Assembly (NCBI GenBank): GCA_964599445.1
Contig: CAZRGJ010000001.1
Coordinates: 1 to 39,503, forward strand
DNA from: an uncultured Planctomycetaceae bacterium
GTDB lineage: Bacteria > Planctomycetota > Planctomycetia > Pirellulales > Thermoguttaceae
Length of the DNA: 39,503 nucleotides
Direction of reading: 5' to 3'
Shown here: in pieces, positions 9,035 through 18,704 of the stretch
How the letters are laid out: each line of letters starts with the position of its first letter
Position numbering within the stretch: position 1 is the first letter of the stretch
Notes under the pieces: generated by a model
Seen by the model: the letters and a program-made list of their open reading frames with translations, nothing else
Told to the model about the DNA's origin: nothing
The model's database searches: none
Translations under genes and position numbers: made by a program

Positions 9035-9063
9035 ATTTTACCATAGATCATGCTGTTTGTCAA
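9035..9063 (-). promoter_or_regulatory. Sigma70-like promoter for thyX (and probably the downstream C_GCAxxG gene and hemE)
   Basis: On the minus strand: TTGACA, a 17-nt spacer, then TAAAAT with an extended -10 TGg. It lies ~75 nt upstream of the thyX ATG. Confidence 0.6.
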
Positions 9064-9126
9064 TATGTTGGCCCTTGCTCGAAGATCGGAAAACGGGAAG
9101 ATTCCGGATCCCGGCCGGATTTTTGG

Positions 9127-9167
9127 AAAAAAACGCACTCCGGCCGCCGTGATCCATGACCGAAGTG
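9127..9167 (-). terminator. Rho-independent terminator of the upstream membrane-protein gene
   Basis: On the minus strand: 8-bp stem cacuucgg / ccggagug (one G-U pair), a 16-nt loop, then cgTTTTTTT. Confidence 0.5.
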
Positions 9168-9203
9168 AGTTTTGGAAGCGTTCGAGGCGGCTGGGAAAAA
9201 CCA

Positions 9204-9262
9204 ACTGTCTGTCCCCGCAGTCTGTTCCCGCAGTCTGTTCCCGCAGTCTGTTCCCGCTGTTC
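9204..9262 (-). repeat. 13-bp tandem repeat (3 perfect copies plus degenerate flanking copies) in a 3' UTR
   Basis: gcagtctgttccc occurs at 9217..9229, 9230..9242 and 9243..9255, with diverged copies on both sides. The 13-nt period is incompatible with coding. The repeat lies between the stop codon at 9270 and the terminator at 9167. Confidence 0.85.
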
Positions 9263-9269
9263 GCTGGAA

Positions 9270-10097
9270 CTATTCTTCCCGGTTCCTTTCCGCTTCTTTT
9301 CTTTCTTCCGTTTTGATGTACCTGCGCAGGTCTGCCGCAAGGAACCGGTACGCACAGAGCAGCGAAATGAGGAACCAGAGGCAGGATCCGGTCGCGACAG
9401 CCGCCAGGGACCAGAAAGCCGCAGCAGACTCATGGAGCGTCCCAAAGCAGAAGTTGATGAGGAAAGGGAGGCCGAAATACGATAAAATGACGGCCCCGAC
9501 GGCGCAGATGGAACTTTTCAGTGCCGAAGAACTTCGCGATCCCGAGATGAGATCCGTCAGACGGAAAGCGTAGACAAAAAAGAGGATCCCAGCAATGCCC
9601 TGCACAACACATCCAAAAATTTCCACGCCCCGCAGAATATCGATCAGAATGTCGTCATCCAGTGCTCTTCTCGGATGCATTGCCGCAAAACTCAGAACGG
9701 CAGCGGCGGCACACGTTTCCAGCAGGATCCCGACGGTCCAGCTGAGGAACATCCAGATGCCGGTTTCGTGTCCTTCCATTTTTGAGGGAGAACGCGAGAT
9801 CTGCCAGGTCCCCCAGGTCTTCAGGAATGCCGTCAGGAGCGTGAATCCCAAAAACAGAACGACCCAAAAAAGCTCAAAATCCGGTACGCCATGGATCAGT
9901 TCCTCGACACTTTTACCGTACCGCAGTTTTGCGAAATGGAGCAAATACTCAATCGGAAACGAGAGGAGCCAGACCCAGAACAGAAAGGAAAATCCGGACG
10001 CGACGGTCTTTAGCCGGTCCAGATTCGGATCGGAAAATGCTCTGCGTTCATTCTGCAGCAGATCAAAATGTCCGTACCAGGCATCATGGCGATTCAT
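9270..10097 (-). CDS. Integral membrane protein of unknown function
   Basis: 276-aa ORF starting at ATG 10097 (MNRHDAWYG), preceded by AAAGGA. This start avoids overlap with mtaB. It has several hydrophobic helices and a charged C-terminal tail (KTEERKEAERNREE). I recognise no family motif. Confidence 0.7.
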   Translation of the reverse strand: MNRHDAWYGHFDLLQNERRAFSDPNLDRLKTVASGFSFLFWVWLLSFPIEYLLHFAKLRYGKSVEELIHGVPDFELFWVVLFLGFTLLTAFLKTWGTWQISRSPSKMEGHETGIWMFLSWTVGILLETCAAAAVLSFAAMHPRRALDDDILIDILRGVEIFGCVVQGIAGILFFVYAFRLTDLISGSRSSSALKSSICAVGAVILSYFGLPFLINFCFGTLHESAAAFWSLAAVATGSCLWFLISLLCAYRFLAADLRRYIKTEERKEAERNREE

Positions 10098-10194
10098 AAA
10101 AAACGTCCTTTTTCTGAATGGAAAATAGGAAAGCAGCAAAATCGTAAAGGAACGAAACGGAAAAACGGGATGAAACTCCGCCGCGTGAGGAAAT

Positions 10195-11526
10195 TCACCG
10201 CGTGAGGAAATTCCCCACATCATCAGCGGAACCGGGAAATTCCGCCTGAAGATAGTATTCGGAAGTCCCCGTCACGGTCTGGGTCTCCGGATGGAAACGC
10301 TCGATGAGGTACTGCGATTTCCGAGCGGCGAGACTCTGCACGAAACGCTCGCGCATTTCCCTCTCCAGTTCCGCAAGGTAAAGTTCCCGCCGATGCTTTT
10401 CTTCTTTCGGGACGGCCGGTCCCATTTTTTCGGCCGGAGTTCCGGGACGCGCGGAGAACGGGAAAATGTGGATCTTCGAGAAACCGATGTGCCGGACGAC
10501 CTCGCACGTTTCGAGAAATTCCTTCTCGGTCTCTCCCGGGAAACCCACGATGATGTCGGTCGTGAGCGCAGGCTGATCGAGGATCTTTTTGGCGGATTCG
10601 CACCGTTCAACGTACTGCTCGACCGTTCCCGGCCGATTCATCCTGCGGTGTACTGTCGGGGAGCCGCTCTGCATGGAAAGGTGAAGGTGCGGGCAGATCC
10701 GTTTCCGGTGGGCCGCCATGATCTGAAGGAGATCGTCTCCCGCTTCGTGCGCTTCCAGGCTGGAGAGACGCAGACGAAAATCGTGAAGTCCCGGTCCTTC
10801 CGCGTCCATTTCGGCCAGCCGACCCATCAGTTGCGTCAGATTCGTTTCCCGCGGACGCTTTCGGTCTTCCTCAAGCCACCGGCTCTGCGTTCTGCTTCGG
10901 GGATTCAGGCCATAGTATCCGAGATGGATCCCGGTGAGGATGATCTCGCGGTATCCGCGGCGCAGGAGAGAGTGAACTTCCGAAACGACTTCATCCTCCG
11001 GGATGCTCGACAGCTCGTTTCGCAGATGCGGGATGAGACAGTACGTGCAGAACTGCCGGCATCCGTCCTGGATCTTGACGTACGCGCGGTGCCGTTCGCC
11101 GAACTGACGAAGTCCCTCTCCAAGCGACTGAATGCAGAGTTCTTCCGGGATCCCCATCGTTTCGAGGACCGCCGCGACGCGGTTTCCGCCGTGTGCTTTG
11201 CCCGTGACGGCATGAGTCACCCCCGGGATCTCAAGGTACTGCTGAACGTCCTTTTCCGCCGAACATCCGAAGACGAGAACATTCCGCGGCGCACTGCGTT
11301 TGACCGCCTGACGGATCAGTTTGCGGGATTTTGCTTCCGATTCCTGCGTCACGGCACATGAATTCACCAAAAGCCAGTCGAGGATGGCCGTCTCGCTGTT
11401 TTCTTCGATCGTTCCGCTTTTTTCCAGGCAGACGAAACCCGCACGGGAGAGCGTCTGCCGGATCTGTTCGCTTTCGTATTGATTGACCTTGCACCCAAGT
11501 GTGAAGATCTGAAAAGTCGGATTCAT
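10195..11526 (-). CDS. mtaB: Radical-SAM methylthiotransferase, MtaB-like (MiaB/RimO family)
   Basis: N-terminal UPF0004 motif FTLGCKVNQYESE and radical-SAM cluster motif CRQFCTYCLIP. 443 aa. Confidence 0.85.
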   Translation of the reverse strand: MNPTFQIFTLGCKVNQYESEQIRQTLSRAGFVCLEKSGTIEENSETAILDWLLVNSCAVTQESEAKSRKLIRQAVKRSAPRNVLVFGCSAEKDVQQYLEIPGVTHAVTGKAHGGNRVAAVLETMGIPEELCIQSLGEGLRQFGERHRAYVKIQDGCRQFCTYCLIPHLRNELSSIPEDEVVSEVHSLLRRGYREIILTGIHLGYYGLNPRSRTQSRWLEEDRKRPRETNLTQLMGRLAEMDAEGPGLHDFRLRLSSLEAHEAGDDLLQIMAAHRKRICPHLHLSMQSGSPTVHRRMNRPGTVEQYVERCESAKKILDQPALTTDIIVGFPGETEKEFLETCEVVRHIGFSKIHIFPFSARPGTPAEKMGPAVPKEEKHRRELYLAELEREMRERFVQSLAARKSQYLIERFHPETQTVTGTSEYYLQAEFPGSADDVGNFLTR

Positions 11527-11543
11527 GAAAAGGACTCCTTTTC

Positions 11544-14063
11544 TTAATTTCCCGCCTCCGCTCCGGATTTTTGGATCGAACCGGACTGTGTGAGCGCCTC
11601 CAGGATCTTTCGCCGTACATTGGCGAGTTTTTCCGGATCGCGCGTAAAATCGGTCGGCGTCGTGAAGACCTCACCGCAGAGTTTCCGGGCAGTTTCCGGA
11701 TCTTTTTCCCGAAGGAGCCAGAGAAGCTCGTAGTCTTCGTACGCGTCGCGGAGATTCGCCATTCTGAGACTGCCGAGGGCCGTCCCGTCCACATTCGGAT
11801 AGAGAAGACGTCCGTCGCCGTAGATCCACGTTCCGCCGAAGCACCCGTCGACCGGCCAGTCGAAGAAGAGCGTTTCGTTCGGGTCCATCGGTCGGTTCTG
11901 CGGGTGGCTCCAGATGTTCATTCCCCAGTAGAGCAGACCGTCGTATTTCTGCTCGAATGCCTGCCAGCCGAGGATCCGGCTTTCGATCAGCGGGAAGCGG
12001 AACATGATGTTCGCGTACGGTTCATTCGGTCCGCAGCAAATGTAGGACCAGACTTTCTGTCCGTTTCGGCGGCACTCTTCCGCATCGTCCGGATCGTAGA
12101 CCGACGTGAGCGGGCAGGTCCAGTCCACGTTCAGTTTTTTCAGCAGTTCGGTATCCGCACCGATGTACGCGGTCGTGAAGGTGGAGATCTCCGGAAAATT
12201 TTCCTTCACCATGCCGAAGAAATCCGTCATGATCGGATGGTATTCTTCACCGCGTTCGTCGAAAGTGTAGATGTACGCGCGGTCCGTGAGTTCCAGCCGG
12301 CGCAGTTCCTGCACGTAGGGACGGAGCCGGTTCAGGAATTTCTCGCGCATCTCCGGCGTGTAGAAAGAGGGATCCGAATTGCAGACCCACGTTCTGTCTC
12401 CGCGCTCCGACACCATGTTCAGGATGTTGAACGGGCCGAGGCCGCGCTCTTTCCATTCCTGGAGAAGCTCAAGCGACGGCATTTCCGTGCGGGAAATGTC
12501 TCCTTCCGGAGCCAGACGGTGCCGGATCATGAAGTCGCCATACGCCCGGCGGATCTTCTGCAGATCGCACTCTTTGCCGTAAACTTTCTGCAGGAAACCG
12601 TCCATCAGCGCAAACGCACTGCCGAGATGGTTTTCGATCGGGAGCACGACGGGCCAGACGGTGACTTCCAGAGGGATCTCGACGGCGTTCATGCCTTCTG
12701 CAAGAGGTCTCCACGTCATGGTCCCGCGATACGTACCGGCCGGGGTGTCCTGCCGGGTGCTGACCGTCACCCAGAAAGAGACTCTCTGATTTTCCGGGAC
12801 GAAACCGGTCTTTCGCGCAAGAAGCGGATCCGGGAACCAGAGCGGGAGACCATTTTTCTCTGCGGAGTGCTCCGAGATCTTCGGCGTTTTGATGTACCCG
12901 ACCTGCTGCCATTCGCACGAATCTGCCGGAAGTTTCACGCAGGGGTCTTCCGCACAGACCAAATCGCTGAACGTGATCTCGACCGCCGGGATCTCTTTCC
13001 CGGAAATGGCGGTGAGCTGAAAACTTTCCGATTCGCCGCACGCTAAATCGAGTTTCGCCTGAAGGGAATCGGGACCGGGCAGTTTCTGCCCGTACTCGGG
13101 AAGATCCTCCAGATAGACGCGGCGCATGGAATTTTCGATCTGAAGAAGCGGACCGCCGGTCCCATCCGCGGTCTGTCTGCCGGTCGTGCTGCACTGGAAG
13201 AGCTTTTCCAGCGCGAGTTTTCCGTCATGCCAGACGCGCAGCCGGAACGTTTTGAGGCCGCCGGTTTCTGTCGGACGTCCCGATGCCCGAAAGTGCGGAG
13301 TGCCGTCCGTGTCGCAGACCGTCGGAACGGGGAGCGCCTTTTGCGGATCGCCGTCGACCAGCTCTTCAAATTCGCAGCGAAAATCATCTTTCAGGAAACG
13401 CGAACGCCAGAGAAAACGCCCGGACGCCAGAATGCTTCCGTCTCCGGAAAGTCCTCCGACCAGCCGGATCGTTTCCAGTTCCATCGTGTGTTTTTTCAGG
13501 AAAAGATCGTCGAATTCCACGTCTCCGGAGAAATCGCGGAACAGAACGAAAAATTCGATTTTTTTGATCGGTTTTTCCGGCCAGATGACGTTTTGATTTT
13601 TTTGCCAAGTCTCGCCGGAAAGAGCAAATCGGACTTTCTGTCCCCACAGCGGCGAATCGTCTTCATAGAAAATGTCCAGGTAAATGTCGAAATCCTGCCG
13701 TTTGGTGCCGTGGACCGGTTCTGCCGTTCCGTGAACGAGGGCGCTGCCGCCGAAAACGAGAGGTTCCGTGCACGGCGTGTCGAAGTGAATGTACTGCACC
13801 ATGCCGCGGGTCCCCTCTTTTCCCTGACTCCGGATCCTCAGCGTCCGATTTCCGTCAGCGCGGGAGACGACGCGGACTTCACCGGTTTCCTGATCTCCGA
13901 GAATACGCCAGGGGGAAACCTCTTCACCCAGCGTATCCAGCGTACCGTCGCGCAAAAGATCTTCGGCCTGAACCGCCGATGGAAGCAAAAACGGAAACAG
14001 GACGGCAAAGAGTCCTGAAAGGAGAGACGGAAAATAAAATGCGGAACGGATCTTTTGGCTCAT
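11544..14063 (-). CDS. Secreted DUF4091-containing glycoside hydrolase-like protein (GH123-like)
   Basis: 839-aa ORF with an N-terminal signal peptide (LLSGLFAVLFPFLLPSAVQA). The C-terminal region WSYICCGPNEPYANIMFRFPLIESRILGWQAFEQKYDGLLYWGMNIW is typical of DUF4091/GH123 proteins. This assignment is from memory. Confidence 0.65.
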   Translation of the reverse strand: MSQKIRSAFYFPSLLSGLFAVLFPFLLPSAVQAEDLLRDGTLDTLGEEVSPWRILGDQETGEVRVVSRADGNRTLRIRSQGKEGTRGMVQYIHFDTPCTEPLVFGGSALVHGTAEPVHGTKRQDFDIYLDIFYEDDSPLWGQKVRFALSGETWQKNQNVIWPEKPIKKIEFFVLFRDFSGDVEFDDLFLKKHTMELETIRLVGGLSGDGSILASGRFLWRSRFLKDDFRCEFEELVDGDPQKALPVPTVCDTDGTPHFRASGRPTETGGLKTFRLRVWHDGKLALEKLFQCSTTGRQTADGTGGPLLQIENSMRRVYLEDLPEYGQKLPGPDSLQAKLDLACGESESFQLTAISGKEIPAVEITFSDLVCAEDPCVKLPADSCEWQQVGYIKTPKISEHSAEKNGLPLWFPDPLLARKTGFVPENQRVSFWVTVSTRQDTPAGTYRGTMTWRPLAEGMNAVEIPLEVTVWPVVLPIENHLGSAFALMDGFLQKVYGKECDLQKIRRAYGDFMIRHRLAPEGDISRTEMPSLELLQEWKERGLGPFNILNMVSERGDRTWVCNSDPSFYTPEMREKFLNRLRPYVQELRRLELTDRAYIYTFDERGEEYHPIMTDFFGMVKENFPEISTFTTAYIGADTELLKKLNVDWTCPLTSVYDPDDAEECRRNGQKVWSYICCGPNEPYANIMFRFPLIESRILGWQAFEQKYDGLLYWGMNIWSHPQNRPMDPNETLFFDWPVDGCFGGTWIYGDGRLLYPNVDGTALGSLRMANLRDAYEDYELLWLLREKDPETARKLCGEVFTTPTDFTRDPEKLANVRRKILEALTQSGSIQKSGAEAGN

Positions 14064-14274
14064 GGCATTACTCCCGGGGATTTTGGAAAACTAATGGCTG
14101 GAAATTCGATTTCTCTTTTAAATATAGCAGAATCCCGTGAAAAAACAAGGAGAGGAAAACAAGAAAATGAAAATTCTTTGGGCGTGAGAGTGGGTAAAAT
14201 GGAAAGGCTTTGAGAGTTTTGCGGGTTTGCTTGACTGGAGGTTCTGTTTTTTTGCAAAAATTTCAAATTTCCCA

Positions 14275-14302
14275 TTGACAAAAAGAAGAAATGGTATATG
14301 CT
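14275..14302 (+). promoter_or_regulatory. Candidate sigma70-like promoter for the PEP-CTERM protein gene
   Basis: TTGACA (14275..14280), a 16-nt spacer, then TATGCT (14297..14302), in an AT-rich divergent intergenic region ~58 nt upstream of ATG 14360. Confidence 0.4.
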
Positions 14303-14359
14303 GTAGACTGTTGATATTTCGTTATGTTGTGGCATTTGGGAACAAGTAAGAGGTTTTCC

Positions 14360-17300
14360 ATGAAACGAATTTCCTGCAGGATCCTGAAACAGCTGATCGC
14401 GTCCGCTTTTGCAGCCGGATGTCTCAGCCCCGCTCTGCTTTTTGCCGACACGCTGACCTGGGACGGTTCGGATTCCACGTGGGATTCTGCTGCGCACTGG
14501 CTCGTGAACGGGGCGGTGTCTTCCCGTGCTCCGGCTTCCGGCGATACGGTGAATCTCGGTTCCGGGACCGTTACTTCCGGTTCAGTGAACATCAGCGGGA
14601 TGACGATCAGCCACACCGGCGGGACGCGCGTCATTACCGGCACGGACTACACGCTGAGCGGCGGAATGGTCGTGCATCACACCGGCGGTGCGCTTACGTA
14701 TTCCAACACATCCTCTGGAAATCGCTGGCTGAACGTCGGCGAAACTCCCGGCGGTGTCGCGTACTATCATCTTGACGGCGGGATCTTCACCAACGTGAAG
14801 CAGCTTTACGTCGGACGCCGCGGCGAAGGACACATGACCATCGCGAACTCCGACGTCGCGGTGGACCACATGGTCATCGGATACGAAGTGCGCAAGTCGG
14901 GAAACTCTGACATTACGCTCAACAGCGGCTCGCTGACGACGAACGCTTATTCCTACGTCGGCGGCGAATCGGGGGCCTCTTCCTCGTATCTCGGAACTTC
15001 CACGCTGAACATCAACGGCGGAACGTTCACGAATAACGACGAACTGTCCGTCGGCAACTTTGCGTTCGGTTCGAGCGTTACCGGAGTCGAGCAGCGTTCC
15101 GTCGTGAATCAGACCGGCGGCGCCTGGGTCGCCAACGGGGTACTCTACCTTGGAAAAGGAAACAGCAGTACCGGAACTGGAAACAAGAATATCGCGGACG
15201 TGAATCTGTCCGGCGGGACCGCGAATTTCAAAAATGTCGTCTATTTCGGAAATGCAGTCGGTGCACAGGGCACCATGACGGTCTCCGGCACCGCGAATGT
15301 CGTGTTTGACGAAGTCATCAACCTCGGAAACATGGATCAGGCAAACGGAACGCTGAACCTCACCGGCGGAACTTCCACGTTCAATAATCTCGTCAACGTG
15401 GGAACTGCCGCAGGCGGAAACGGCACGCTGACGCTCTCCGGAGGGACGAACACGTTCAACAGCGAGATCTTCGTCGGTTGGACGGCCGGAGCGGTCGGCA
15501 CGATGAACATCAACGGCGGGACGAACGCCTTCAACAATAAGATCCACATCGGCGGCTGGAAAGGCGACAATACCGCCGGGACAGGCTATCTCAACATCTC
15601 GGCGGACACGACATTCACGAAAGAAGTGGCCATCGGGACCGGCGGGACCGGCGTCATGAACGTGACGGGCGGAAACGTTGATTTCAATCTCAGCGGGCAG
15701 TGTCTCTATGTTGGGACGCGGGTGCATGGAACGCTGAATATCAGCGGTGATGCGAACATCCGATTCAATTCCGGAAATGACGTTCACGTCGGCGAAAATA
15801 ACGGGACCGGCATCGTGAACCAGACCGGAGGTGCGTTCACCAGCACCCGATGGATCAACCTCGGCGAACGCGGAACGGGTACATGGAACATCTCGGCCGG
15901 ACAGCTCAATGCGCAAGGTTACTTTGGTGTCGGACGCCGCGGAAAAGGTGTCCTGAATATTTCTGGTACTGGCGACGTCAACGCAGGCAGAGTCTTCGTC
16001 GGCACCTTCCCGGAACTCGCTGGCGGTTCGGAACTGAACATCTCCGGCGGAACGCTGGACGGAACGAATCTTTACGTCGGCGGAAACCCGGACTATGATA
16101 ATGGAACGAGCGGTCAGACTACGAAATCCAGCTCCATGACCGTCACCGGCGGTACGGTGAACTTTACCGAGGAATCTGGAGTCGGGCATTCCGGCAAGAC
16201 TGGACAAGGCGGCATCGGGATCATGAACATTGCGGGCGGAACGACGACGTTCGCAAAGAATTTCTTCCTCGGTGAAGGGGACCGCGGTAACGGAACACTG
16301 AACGTCTCTGCCGGAGAAATGCTCGTCCAGGGCGAAACCATTATGGGGCGGCACGGAAAAGCGGTGATCAACGTGACCGGCGGAACGCTCACCCTCGATA
16401 AAACTTCGTATCTTGGGCTGGGGGATGCTCAAGCTGCCGCTGAAATGTACATTACCGGCGGTACGGTCAACGGTCCGGTAAATGATTTCCGCATCGGTGC
16501 CGAAAATTCCCAGGCCAAACTCGTCGTAGACGGCGGTACGCTCAACAACCGGTACAATCTGGTCATCGACGCCAACTCGACGGTCCGCGAAGACGGAATG
16601 CCCGGTTCGATCGTGGAACTCCACTCCGGAACGCTCAAAACTTCCTGGTTCTCGCTCGGACAGAACGCTCACGGGAACGCGCCGCGCAATGTGTTCATCA
16701 TGACGGGCGGTCGGCTGGAAGTCGCCAACGATCTGCGTCTCGGTTTTGGGTACTATTCCGACATCAACATCTCCGGCGGTGAGATCCTCGTGAACGGAAC
16801 TGCCCGCCTGGCTCACGATAGGTCAGGAAACGCGGCTGCGGCCGGCGCGACGCTGAACATCACCGGTTCCGATACCGTGTGGAACGTGAACGATCTTGAA
16901 TGGGAAAGCACCGGAAAAGTAAACTTCACTTCCGAACGCCTCGAAATGAACGCCGACGGCTCGGCCTCCTCGCCGGTCTCGAACATTAAGGCGCGCGGAA
17001 ACGTAACGGTAGATAGCCAGATTTATGTCGATACGACCGATTTCTACTACGACGGCGCGGCATTCATGAGTGCACTGCCGACGGCGGACCTCTTCACGGC
17101 AGCAGGCACGCTGAACTGGAACCCCGCTTCCCTCACGTCCGACGGCGTTTGGAATGTCGAACAGAACGGAAACACGATCCGGCTCGTTCTGGATGAAAGC
17201 CAGCTCGGGACGACGGCAATGTTTTCGGAAGGCCTGATCGGAGCCGGCAGCCTTGGCGAATCGGGCTGGCTTCAGCTCTCGGGAACTCCGGAAGAGGATG

Positions 17301-17599
17301 TGGACCTGACCATGATGCTTTCGGGGGAAGGAGACGTCGACGAACTCGTGCTCTGGCTCACGGAACAAATGGCGGAGGCGAACCGCGGGATCGGAGTCAC
17401 GGCTGGGGATGCTTCCGTGACCTTCACCGATATTCCGCTGAACACCGACGGGATCGCGTACATGAACTACGACCTCGCGGCGTTCAACCTTGCGGCCGGA
17501 TCCACATTTGCGTTTGCCAACGGCGTTCCGGAACCGGGAACCTGGCTCCTGCTCGTGACGGGAATGGGACTGCTTCTCTGGAGAAGGAAGCGTTTCTGA
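14360..17599 (+). CDS. Large PEP-CTERM-anchored beta-helix repeat protein (autotransporter-associated beta-strand-repeat type)
   Basis: Signal peptide (LIASAFAAGCLSPALLFA). About 25 degenerate 24-30-aa repeats of the form G-T-[LM]-N-[ILV]-[ST]-G-G-T-x-x-F-x-x-x-[VI]-x-[VI]-G. C-terminal PEP-CTERM sorting signal VPEPGTWLLLVTGMGLLLWRRKRF. Start placed at ATG 14360, preceded by AAGAGG. Confidence 0.85.
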   Translation: MKRISCRILKQLIASAFAAGCLSPALLFADTLTWDGSDSTWDSAAHWLVNGAVSSRAPASGDTVNLGSGTVTSGSVNISGMTISHTGGTRVITGTDYTLSGGMVVHHTGGALTYSNTSSGNRWLNVGETPGGVAYYHLDGGIFTNVKQLYVGRRGEGHMTIANSDVAVDHMVIGYEVRKSGNSDITLNSGSLTTNAYSYVGGESGASSSYLGTSTLNINGGTFTNNDELSVGNFAFGSSVTGVEQRSVVNQTGGAWVANGVLYLGKGNSSTGTGNKNIADVNLSGGTANFKNVVYFGNAVGAQGTMTVSGTANVVFDEVINLGNMDQANGTLNLTGGTSTFNNLVNVGTAAGGNGTLTLSGGTNTFNSEIFVGWTAGAVGTMNINGGTNAFNNKIHIGGWKGDNTAGTGYLNISADTTFTKEVAIGTGGTGVMNVTGGNVDFNLSGQCLYVGTRVHGTLNISGDANIRFNSGNDVHVGENNGTGIVNQTGGAFTSTRWINLGERGTGTWNISAGQLNAQGYFGVGRRGKGVLNISGTGDVNAGRVFVGTFPELAGGSELNISGGTLDGTNLYVGGNPDYDNGTSGQTTKSSSMTVTGGTVNFTEESGVGHSGKTGQGGIGIMNIAGGTTTFAKNFFLGEGDRGNGTLNVSAGEMLVQGETIMGRHGKAVINVTGGTLTLDKTSYLGLGDAQAAAEMYITGGTVNGPVNDFRIGAENSQAKLVVDGGTLNNRYNLVIDANSTVREDGMPGSIVELHSGTLKTSWFSLGQNAHGNAPRNVFIMTGGRLEVANDLRLGFGYYSDINISGGEILVNGTARLAHDRSGNAAAAGATLNITGSDTVWNVNDLEWESTGKVNFTSERLEMNADGSASSPVSNIKARGNVTVDSQIYVDTTDFYYDGAAFMSALPTADLFTAAGTLNWNPASLTSDGVWNVEQNGNTIRLVLDESQLGTTAMFSEGLIGAGSLGESGWLQLSGTPEEDVDLTMMLSGEGDVDELVLWLTEQMAEANRGIGVTAGDASVTFTDIPLNTDGIAYMNYDLAAFNLAAGSTFAFANGVPEPGTWLLLVTGMGLLLWRRKRF

Positions 17600-17659
17600 G
17601 GTACATTCGGTCCTTTTTGGGGAAAAGGGATCTTCGTTTTTCATTTTAAGGGAAATTTT

Positions 17660-18598
17660 ATGAAAAAGAAAGCGTTTACTCTGGTTGAGCTGCTGGTCGT
17701 CATCGCGATCATCGGTATGCTCGTAGGTCTGCTTCTTCCGGCGGTCCAGCAGGCACGTGAAGCCGCCCGTCAGATGCAGTGCAGCAACAATCTGAAGCAG
17801 ATCGGTCTGGCGTCGCTGAACTACGAGTCTGCGAACAAGTGCCTTCCCTCTGCCGGCTGGATGGGAGGCTGGGCAGGTGACGCGGACCGCGGGTTTGGAA
17901 AACATCAGCCCGGCGGATGGACGTTTTCGCTCCTGCCGTTCCTGGAACAGAACGCGCTTTTCCAGTCCACCTCGAACAATAATCGGTCGACTCCCGCAAA
18001 AGCGGAGATCACTCGGGCAAATCAGACTCCCCTTACCGTCTTCCATTGCCCGTCCCGCAGAACGGCAAAACTCTATGAGGCCACCAATTCGCCGACGAAA
18101 AACTGCAACAGCGCCTCGGAATTGGCAAAAGGAGATTACGCCTCCAACTATGGCGAGACCGATGCCGTCAATACGTCGGGATGTCCTGGATCTTATGCGG
18201 ATGCGGACAGCGATAAAGGCTTCGTGACGCAGAACTACAATGGGGTCATTCTTTCTACTTCGGAGATTACGCTCGGAGAGATCCGCGACGGAACCTCCAA
18301 CACGTACCTGGTCGGAGAAAAATTCCGAAGACCGGAGGTTTACGAAACATCCTGCTGCTGTGATGACAGCGGGGTATTCTGCGGTGCCGACCCGGACAAC
18401 AGCCGCGGGACGAAACTTGCGCCCTCTCAGGACCGCAATGGATATAATGCCCGTCAGCAGTTCGGAAGTCCCCATGCAGGAGCGCTTGGCTTCGTTCTCT
18501 GTGATGGTTCCGTACACCGCATTTCCTACAGCATCGACCTGGAATCACATCAGCATCTCGGAAACCGTTCGGACGGCGAGATCGTTTCGTTCCAGTAG
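17660..18598 (+). CDS. DUF1559 protein with prepilin-type N-terminal cleavage/methylation domain (H-X9-DG family)
   Basis: N-terminus MKKKAFTLVELLVVIAIIGMLVGLLLPAVQQAREAARQMQCSNNLKQIGLA. C-terminal H-X9-DG motif HAGALGFVLCDG. Confidence 0.9.
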   Translation: MKKKAFTLVELLVVIAIIGMLVGLLLPAVQQAREAARQMQCSNNLKQIGLASLNYESANKCLPSAGWMGGWAGDADRGFGKHQPGGWTFSLLPFLEQNALFQSTSNNNRSTPAKAEITRANQTPLTVFHCPSRRTAKLYEATNSPTKNCNSASELAKGDYASNYGETDAVNTSGCPGSYADADSDKGFVTQNYNGVILSTSEITLGEIRDGTSNTYLVGEKFRRPEVYETSCCCDDSGVFCGADPDNSRGTKLAPSQDRNGYNARQQFGSPHAGALGFVLCDGSVHRISYSIDLESHQHLGNRSDGEIVSFQ

Positions 18599-18616
18599 TG
18601 CTGCTTAAATTTTGGA

Positions 18617-18646
18617 AACCTCCCCGCATCTGGGGAGGTTTTTTCT
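18617..18646 (+). terminator. Rho-independent terminator after the DUF1559 gene
   Basis: Perfect 9-bp stem aacctcccc / ggggaggtt with a 6-nt loop, followed by a T-run. Confidence 0.75.
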
Positions 18647-18704
18647 CATTGGGAGTTTTCAGACGCTCCGATCCACGTTCCCCCCTTTTATTCAGGATCA
18701 TACC

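Noticed and set aside
9204-9262. Tandem repeats considered as a CRISPR array
   Set aside because: The units are 13 bp and directly adjacent with no spacers. There are no cas genes. This is a simple tandem repeat.
10291-13046. Plus-strand ORFs of 356 aa (10291..11361) and 491 aa (11571..13046) opposite mtaB and the DUF4091 gene
   Set aside because: Both are antisense to genes with family motifs (CxxxCxxC radical-SAM motif; DUF4091 region). They are typical shadow ORFs of a high-GC genome. The same reasoning applies to 20710..22047, 25767..26784, 27132..28076, 28550..29476, 31036..32016, 32274..32921, 33676..34506 and 38189..38944.
14582-16816. 744-aa minus-strand ORF inside the PEP-CTERM gene
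   Set aside because: It is antisense to a repeat-rich gene that has a signal peptide and a PEP-CTERM tail. The open frame is a by-product of the GC-rich repeats, which lack stop codons in the opposite frame.
16823-18517. 564-aa minus-strand ORF spanning the end of the PEP-CTERM gene and the DUF1559 gene
   Set aside because: It crosses an intergenic region and two well-supported plus-strand genes. Its composition is arginine-rich and nonsensical.
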